This document shows positions 58,533-64,000 of a stretch of DNA of 64,000 nt, one piece after another. The notes beneath the pieces were generated by a model, which made no database searches, was not told where the DNA came from, and was given only the letters and a program-made list of their open reading frames with translations. Origin of the DNA: Escherichia coli (lineage in GTDB: Bacteria; Pseudomonadota; Gammaproteobacteria; Enterobacterales; Enterobacteriaceae). Both the position numbers and the translations under genes were made by a program. Numbering within the stretch: position 1 is the stretch's first letter; the number at the start of each line of letters is the position of its first letter. The DNA lies in assembly GCF_002854065.1 (NCBI RefSeq), contig NZ_CP024147.1. The stretch is one strand, 5' to 3'.

Positions 58533-59765
58533 ATGTCGTCATTTGATTACCTGAAAACTGCCATCAAGCAACAGGGCTGCACGCTACAGCAGGTAGCTGA
58601 TGCCAGCGGTATGACCAAAGGGTATTTAAGCCAGTTACTGAATGCCAAAATTAAAAGCCCCAGCGCGCAAAAGCTGGAGGCGTTGCACCGTTTTTTGGGG
58701 CTTGAATTTCCCCGACAGAAGAAAACCATTGGTGTCGTATTCGGTAAGTTCTACCCGCTGCATACCGGACATATCTACCTTATCCAGCGCGCCTGTAGCC
58801 AGGTTGACGAGCTGCATATCATTATGGGTTTTGACGATACCCGCGACCGCGCGTTGTTTGAAGACAGCGCCATGTCGCAGCAGCCCACGGTGCCGGATCG
58901 TCTGCGCTGGTTATTACAAACTTTTAAATATCAGAAAAATATTCGCATTCATGCTTTCAACGAAGAGGGCATGGAGCCGTATCCGCACGGCTGGGATGTG
59001 TGGAGCAACGGCATCAAAAAGTTTATGGCTGAAAAGGGGATTCAGCCGGACCTGATCTACACCTCGGAAGAAGCCGATGCGCCACAGTATATGGAACATC
59101 TGGGGATCGATACGGTGCTGGTCGATCCGAAACGTACCTTTATGAGTATCAGCGGTGCGCAGATCCGCGAAAACCCGTTCCGCTACTGGGAATATATTCC
59201 TACGGAAGTGAAGCCGTTCTTTGTACGTACCGTGGCGATCCTTGGTGGCGAGTCGAGCGGTAAATCCACCCTGGTAAACAAACTTGCCAATATCTTCAAT
59301 ACCACCAGTGCGTGGGAATATGGTCGCGATTATGTCTTTTCACACCTCGGCGGTGATGAGATCGCATTGCAGTATTCCGATTACGATAAAATCGCGCTGG
59401 GCCACGCACAATACATTGATTTTGCAGTGAAATATGCCAATAAAGTGGCGTTTATTGACACTGATTTTGTCACTACCCAGGCGTTCTGCAAAAAGTACGA
59501 AGGGCGTGAGCATCCGTTCGTACAGGCGTTGATTGATGAATACCGTTTCGATCTGGTGATCCTGCTGGAGAACAACACGCCGTGGGTGGCGGATGGTTTA
59601 CGCAGCCTCGGCAGTTCGGTGGATCGCAAAGAGTTCCAGAACTTGCTGGTGGAGATGCTGGAAGAGAACAATATCGAATTCGTGCGGGTTGAAGAGGACG
59701 ATTATGACAGCCGTTTCCTTCGCTGCGTGGAGCTGGTGCGGGAGATGATGGGGGAGCAGGGATAA
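58533..59765 (+). CDS. nadR: Bifunctional NMN adenylyltransferase / ribosylnicotinamide kinase and NAD regulon repressor
   Basis: Track ORF 58512..59765 trimmed to MSSFDYLKTAIKQQGCTLQQVADASGMTKGYLSQL (HTH), 410 aa. Confidence 0.9.
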   Translation: MSSFDYLKTAIKQQGCTLQQVADASGMTKGYLSQLLNAKIKSPSAQKLEALHRFLGLEFPRQKKTIGVVFGKFYPLHTGHIYLIQRACSQVDELHIIMGFDDTRDRALFEDSAMSQQPTVPDRLRWLLQTFKYQKNIRIHAFNEEGMEPYPHGWDVWSNGIKKFMAEKGIQPDLIYTSEEADAPQYMEHLGIDTVLVDPKRTFMSISGAQIRENPFRYWEYIPTEVKPFFVRTVAILGGESSGKSTLVNKLANIFNTTSAWEYGRDYVFSHLGGDEIALQYSDYDKIALGHAQYIDFAVKYANKVAFIDTDFVTTQAFCKKYEGREHPFVQALIDEYRFDLVILLENNTPWVADGLRSLGSSVDRKEFQNLLVEMLEENNIEFVRVEEDDYDSRFLRCVELVREMMGEQG

Positions 59766-59798
59766 CCGCGATGAAACGGCTCAAAGGCGAGGTATAAA

Positions 59799-59966
59799 AT
59801 GAGTTTTTTTGATGAGTTGAAAACCTCTCTGGAAGAGGCTGTCGAGATTAAACAAGGTTTGAAAGAACCAGCACGGATGACCCGCTACGAAATTGCGGAT
59901 GCTAAGGCTGTTGTAGACCGGAAAAGGTGTTCACGCCGCATCCGGCATTCGGTGCTCAATGCCTGA
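59799..59966 (+). other. Short ORF (55 codons) with an antitoxin-like N-terminus whose 3' end runs into a REP element; possible truncated gene remnant
   Basis: GAGGT Shine-Dalgarno then ATG: MSFFDELKTSLEEAVEIKQGLKEPARMTRYEIADAKAVVDRKRCSRRIRHSVLNA*; residues from about 40 onward are encoded by REP sequence. Confidence 0.3.
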
Positions 59967-60072
59967 TGCGACGCTTACCGCGTCTTATCAGGCCTGGAGA
60001 TTCACAACGTATTGAAATTTCTTGGTTTGTAGGCCGGATAAGGCGTTCACGCCGCATCCGGCATTTTACGCA
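59915..60072. repeat. REP/BIME elements between nadR and ettA
   Basis: Two or more ggataaggcgttcacgccgcatccggca cores. Confidence 0.6.
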
Positions 60073-61740
60073 TTACTTCGCAATACGCTTGTACTTGATA
60101 CGCTTCGGCTCCAGTGCGTCTGCGCCCAGCGTGCGTTTCTTGTACTCTTCGTACTCAGTAAAGTTACCTTCGAAGAACTCAACTTTACCTTCATCCTGGT
60201 AGTCCAGGATGTGCGTGGCGATACGGTCGAGGAACCAACGGTCGTGCGAGATAACCATCGCACAGCCCGGGAACTCCAGCAGGGCGTTTTCCAGCGCGCG
60301 CAGGGTTTCGATATCCAGGTCGTTGGTTGGTTCGTCGAGCAGCAGCATGTTGCCGCCAACCTGCAGCAGCTTCGCCAGATGCAGACGACCGCGCTCACCA
60401 CCGGAAAGTTCACCAACGCGTTTACCCTGATCAACCCCTTTAAAGTTAAAGCGGCCAACGTAGGCGCGGCTTGGCATCTCGGTGTTGCCGATCTTCATAA
60501 TATCCAGCCCGCCGGAAACTTCTTCCCAAACGGTTTTGCTGTTATCCATTGAGTCACGGAACTGATCAACCGATGCCAGTTTCACCGTTTCACCTAAAGT
60601 GATGGTGCCGCTGTCCGGCTGTTCCTGACCAGAGATCATACGGAACAGGGTCGATTTACCCGCGCCGTTCGGACCGATGATCCCGACGATTGCCCCTTTT
60701 GGGATCGAGAAGCTCAGGTCATCAATCAGCAGGCGATCACCGTAGGATTTACGCAGGTTGCTGACTTCCAGCACTTTATCGCCCAGACGCGGTCCAGGTG
60801 GAATAAACAGTTCGTTGGTTTCGTTACGTTTCTGATATTCGGTGCTGTTCAGCTCTTCAAAGCGTGCCAGACGTGCTTTACCTTTCGACTGGCGGCCTTT
60901 AGTTCCCTGACGTACCCACTCCAGCTCTTTCTCGATCGACTTACGACGCGCCGCTTCTTGTGAAGCTTCCTGCGCCAGGCGCTGATCTTTCTGCTCCAGC
61001 CAGGAGGAGTAGTTGCCTTCCCACGGAATACCTTCACCGCGGTCAAGTTCGAGGATCCAGCCTGCAACGTTATCGAGGAAGTAACGGTCGTGAGTAATCG
61101 CCACAACGGTGCCTTCGAAGTCGTGCAGGAAGCGTTCCAGCCAGGCCACGGATTCGGCATCCAGGTGGTTGGTCGGTTCGTCGAGCAGCAGCATGTCTGG
61201 TTTTTCCAGAAGCAGGCGGCACAACGCCACGCGACGACGCTCACCACCGGAGAGGTTAGCGATTTTCGCGTCCCAGTCCGGCAGACGCAGCGCATCCGCC
61301 GCACGCTCCAGCTGTACGTTCAGGTTATGACCGTCGTGAGCCTGAATGATCTCTTCCAGACGGCCTTGTTCAGCGGCCAGCTTGTCAAAATCGGCATCCG
61401 GATCGGCGTACAGCGCATACACTTCATCCAGGCGTTTCAGGGCGTTAACCACTTCAGAAACCGCTTCTTCAATGGACTCACGCACGGTGTGTTCCGGGTT
61501 CAGCTGCGGTTCCTGCGGCAGATAACCAATCTTGATGTCTGGCTGCGGACGTGCTTCACCTTCGATGTCTTTATCAATGCCCGCCATAATGCGCAGCAGG
61601 GTAGACTTACCCGCGCCGTTCAGACCCAGGACACCAATTTTTGCCCCAGGGAAGAAACTCAGAGAGATGTTTTTCAAAATATGACGTTTCGGCGGAACAA
61701 CTTTGCCGACACGATGCATGGTATAAACGAATTGAGCCAC
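60073..61740 (-). CDS. ettA: Energy-dependent translational throttle ABC-F ATPase EttA (YjjK)
   Basis: Track ORF, 555 aa, two ABC cassettes (GLNGAGKST / LSGGERRRVAL and GPNGAGKSTL / LSGGERGRL). Confidence 0.95.
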   Translation of the reverse strand: MAQFVYTMHRVGKVVPPKRHILKNISLSFFPGAKIGVLGLNGAGKSTLLRIMAGIDKDIEGEARPQPDIKIGYLPQEPQLNPEHTVRESIEEAVSEVVNALKRLDEVYALYADPDADFDKLAAEQGRLEEIIQAHDGHNLNVQLERAADALRLPDWDAKIANLSGGERRRVALCRLLLEKPDMLLLDEPTNHLDAESVAWLERFLHDFEGTVVAITHDRYFLDNVAGWILELDRGEGIPWEGNYSSWLEQKDQRLAQEASQEAARRKSIEKELEWVRQGTKGRQSKGKARLARFEELNSTEYQKRNETNELFIPPGPRLGDKVLEVSNLRKSYGDRLLIDDLSFSIPKGAIVGIIGPNGAGKSTLFRMISGQEQPDSGTITLGETVKLASVDQFRDSMDNSKTVWEEVSGGLDIMKIGNTEMPSRAYVGRFNFKGVDQGKRVGELSGGERGRLHLAKLLQVGGNMLLLDEPTNDLDIETLRALENALLEFPGCAMVISHDRWFLDRIATHILDYQDEGKVEFFEGNFTEYEEYKKRTLGADALEPKRIKYKRIAK

Positions 61741-61950
61741 GTTGGACTTCGCCTCTATGTTTATCGTGATGATGAGTTTTCAAAGGCGAAGTGTAGCCTT
61801 TTTCCCCGCCTAATCCCAGTTGGTCGATCACCTTCGCAGTAAAAGTAAAAAAGTGTCCGTAACGTGGCGTAAACGGCAATGACTGGTTAGCATAAATCTA
61901 TTACGCGGCATGACGCTGCATTGATGTATTTACACTTAGAGGATGCGCTT

Positions 61951-63888
61951 GTGGAAAAAGCCAAACAAGTTACCTGGCGGCTGTTGGCTGCCGGTGTCTG
62001 TCTGCTGACGGTCAGCAGCGTGGCGCGAGCCGACTCACTGGATGAGCAGCGTAGCCGTTACGCGCAAATCAAGCAGGCCTGGGATAATCGACAGATGGAT
62101 GTGGTCGAACAAATGATGCCTGGACTGAAGGATTATCCGCTTTATCCCTACCTGGAATACCGCCAGATCACCGATGATCTGATGAATCAACCGGCGGTGA
62201 CGGTCACTAACTTTGTTCGCGCTAACCCCACGCTTCCTCCCGCTCGCACGCTGCAATCTCGTTTCGTCAATGAACTGGCGCGGCGTGAAGACTGGCGTGG
62301 CTTGTTAGCCTTTAGCCCGGAAAAGCCCGGAACTACCGAAGCGCAATGTAATTACTACTATGCGAAATGGAACACCGGGCAGAGTGAAGAAGCCTGGCAA
62401 GGGGCGAAAGAGCTGTGGCTAACCGGCAAGAGCCAGCCTAATGCCTGTGACAAGTTATTTAGCGTCTGGCGTGCGTCAGGTAAACAAGATCCGCTGGCGT
62501 ATTTAGAGCGTATCCGTCTGGCGATGAAAGCGGGTAACACTGGCCTGGTAACAGTGCTGGCAGGGCAGATGCCTGCCGATTACCAGACTATCGCCTCGGC
62601 AATCATTTCACTGGCGAATAACCCTAATACGGTACTGACCTTCGCGCGTACAACCGGAGCGACCGATTTTACCCGTCAAATGGCAGCGGTGGCGTTTGCC
62701 AGTGTGGCGCGGCAGGATGCTGAAAATGCACGGCTGATGATCCCGTCGCTTGCCCAGGCGCAGCAGCTTAATGAAGATCAGATTCAGGAGCTGCGCGATA
62801 TCGTCGCCTGGCGTTTGATGGGCAACGATGTCACCGACGAGCAGGCGAAATGGCGCGATGACGCCATTATGCGCTCGCAATCCACGTCGTTGATTGAACG
62901 CCGTGTGCGAATGGCACTTGGCACCGGCGATCGTCGCGGCCTGAATACCTGGCTGGCGCGTCTGCCGATGGAAGCAAAAGAGAAAGATGAATGGCGTTAC
63001 TGGCAGGCGGATTTATTGCTGGAACGCGGACGTGAAGCTGAAGCGAAAGAGATTTTGCATCAACTCATGCAACAGCGTGGTTTCTACCCGATGGTTGCAG
63101 CACAACGCATCGGAGAAGAGTATGAGCTGAAGATTGATAAAGCGCCGCAGAATGTTGACAGCGCCCTGACTCAGGGGCCGGAGATGGCGCGCGTGCGCGA
63201 GTTGATGTACTGGAATCTCGATAACACCGCGCGTAGCGAGTGGGCCAATCTGGTGAAGAGCAAGTCAAAAACAGAGCAGGCTCAACTGGCTCGGTATGCT
63301 TTCAATAACCAATGGTGGGATCTTAGCGTTCAGGCAACGATCGCCGGGAAGCTTTGGGATCATCTGGAAGAGCGATTCCCGCTGGCTTACAACGATCTTT
63401 TCAAACGTTACACCAGTGGGAAAGAGATCCCGCAAAGCTATGCGATGGCGATTGCCCGTCAGGAGAGCGCCTGGAATCCGAAAGTGAAATCACCGGTAGG
63501 GGCCAGCGGCCTGATGCAGATTATGCCTGGTACAGCGACCCATACGGTGAAGATGTTCTCTATTCCTGGTTATAGCAGCCCTGGGCAATTGCTGGATCCG
63601 GAAACGAATATCAACATTGGCACCAGTTACCTGCAATATGTTTATCAGCAGTTTGGCAATAACCGTATTTTCTCCTCAGCAGCTTATAACGCCGGACCTG
63701 GACGGGTGCGAACCTGGCTTGGCAACAGCGCCGGGCGTATCGACGCTGTGGCATTTGTCGAGAGTATTCCGTTCTCCGAGACGCGCGGTTATGTGAAGAA
63801 CGTGCTGGCTTATGACGCTTACTACCGTTATTTCATGGGGGATAAACCGACGTTGATGAGCGCCACGGAATGGGGACGTCGTTACTGA
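61951..63888 (+). CDS. slt: Soluble lytic murein transglycosylase Slt70
   Basis: Track ORF 61921..63888 trimmed to the GTG start (MEKAKQVTWRLLAAGVCLLTVSSVARA signal peptide), 645 aa, catalytic ESAWNP motif. Confidence 0.9.
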   Translation: MEKAKQVTWRLLAAGVCLLTVSSVARADSLDEQRSRYAQIKQAWDNRQMDVVEQMMPGLKDYPLYPYLEYRQITDDLMNQPAVTVTNFVRANPTLPPARTLQSRFVNELARREDWRGLLAFSPEKPGTTEAQCNYYYAKWNTGQSEEAWQGAKELWLTGKSQPNACDKLFSVWRASGKQDPLAYLERIRLAMKAGNTGLVTVLAGQMPADYQTIASAIISLANNPNTVLTFARTTGATDFTRQMAAVAFASVARQDAENARLMIPSLAQAQQLNEDQIQELRDIVAWRLMGNDVTDEQAKWRDDAIMRSQSTSLIERRVRMALGTGDRRGLNTWLARLPMEAKEKDEWRYWQADLLLERGREAEAKEILHQLMQQRGFYPMVAAQRIGEEYELKIDKAPQNVDSALTQGPEMARVRELMYWNLDNTARSEWANLVKSKSKTEQAQLARYAFNNQWWDLSVQATIAGKLWDHLEERFPLAYNDLFKRYTSGKEIPQSYAMAIARQESAWNPKVKSPVGASGLMQIMPGTATHTVKMFSIPGYSSPGQLLDPETNINIGTSYLQYVYQQFGNNRIFSSAAYNAGPGRVRTWLGNSAGRIDAVAFVESIPFSETRGYVKNVLAYDAYYRYFMGDKPTLMSATEWGRRY

Positions 63889-63912
63889 TCCGCACGTTTA
63901 TGATATGCTATC

Positions 63913-63930
63913 GTACTCTTTAGCGAGTAC
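63913..63930 (+). promoter_or_regulatory. TrpR operator-like palindrome in the trpR promoter (autoregulation)
   Basis: gtactctttagcgagtac, an imperfect GTACT...AGTAC palindrome about 50 nt upstream of the trpR ATG. Confidence 0.5.
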
Positions 63931-63977
63931 AACCGGGGGAGGCATTTTGCTTCCCCCGCTAACAATGGCGACATATT

Positions 63978-64000
63978 ATGGCCCAACAATCACCCTATTC
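63978..64000 (+). CDS. trpR: Trp repressor, first 7 codons only (continues beyond the window end)
   Basis: ATG GCC CAA CAA TCA CCC TAT reads MAQQSPY, matching the TrpR N-terminus. Confidence 0.7.

Overview
This 64 kb window reads as an Escherichia coli chromosomal segment (K-12 map 98–100 min) running gntP–uxuAB–uxuR through deoCABD, serB–radA–nadR, ettA and slt to the first codons of trpR. About 60 genes are recognisable by their translated sequences, plus three tandem tRNA-Leu genes, several REP/BIME repeats and one IS1 copy. Gene identities rest on my recollection of the E. coli K-12 proteins; no database search was run. Most CDS coordinates are the supplied ORF track trimmed by codon arithmetic to the start that matches the known protein (the track also opens ORFs at GTG/TTG). 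Features located by reading the sequence directly (operators, hairpins, repeats) may be off by 1–2 nt. The best candidate for an accessory system is the mdtM–yjiA interval: the K-12 immigration control region (hsdRMS, mcrBC, mrr and neighbours) is absent, and in its place sit a degenerate IS1 and an overlapping BrnT/BrnA-like toxin–antitoxin pair. BrnT/BrnA is a known family, so the novelty is its placement in a restriction/defense hotspot, not a new mechanism. Three smaller items also deserve a look: a DUF3343-like 85-aa ORF coupled to yjiL, an amber-interrupted XRE-HTH relic with phased ATCTATTCA repeats where K-12 has yjjJ, and an antitoxin-like ORF stub downstream of nadR. The rest is ordinary core genome.
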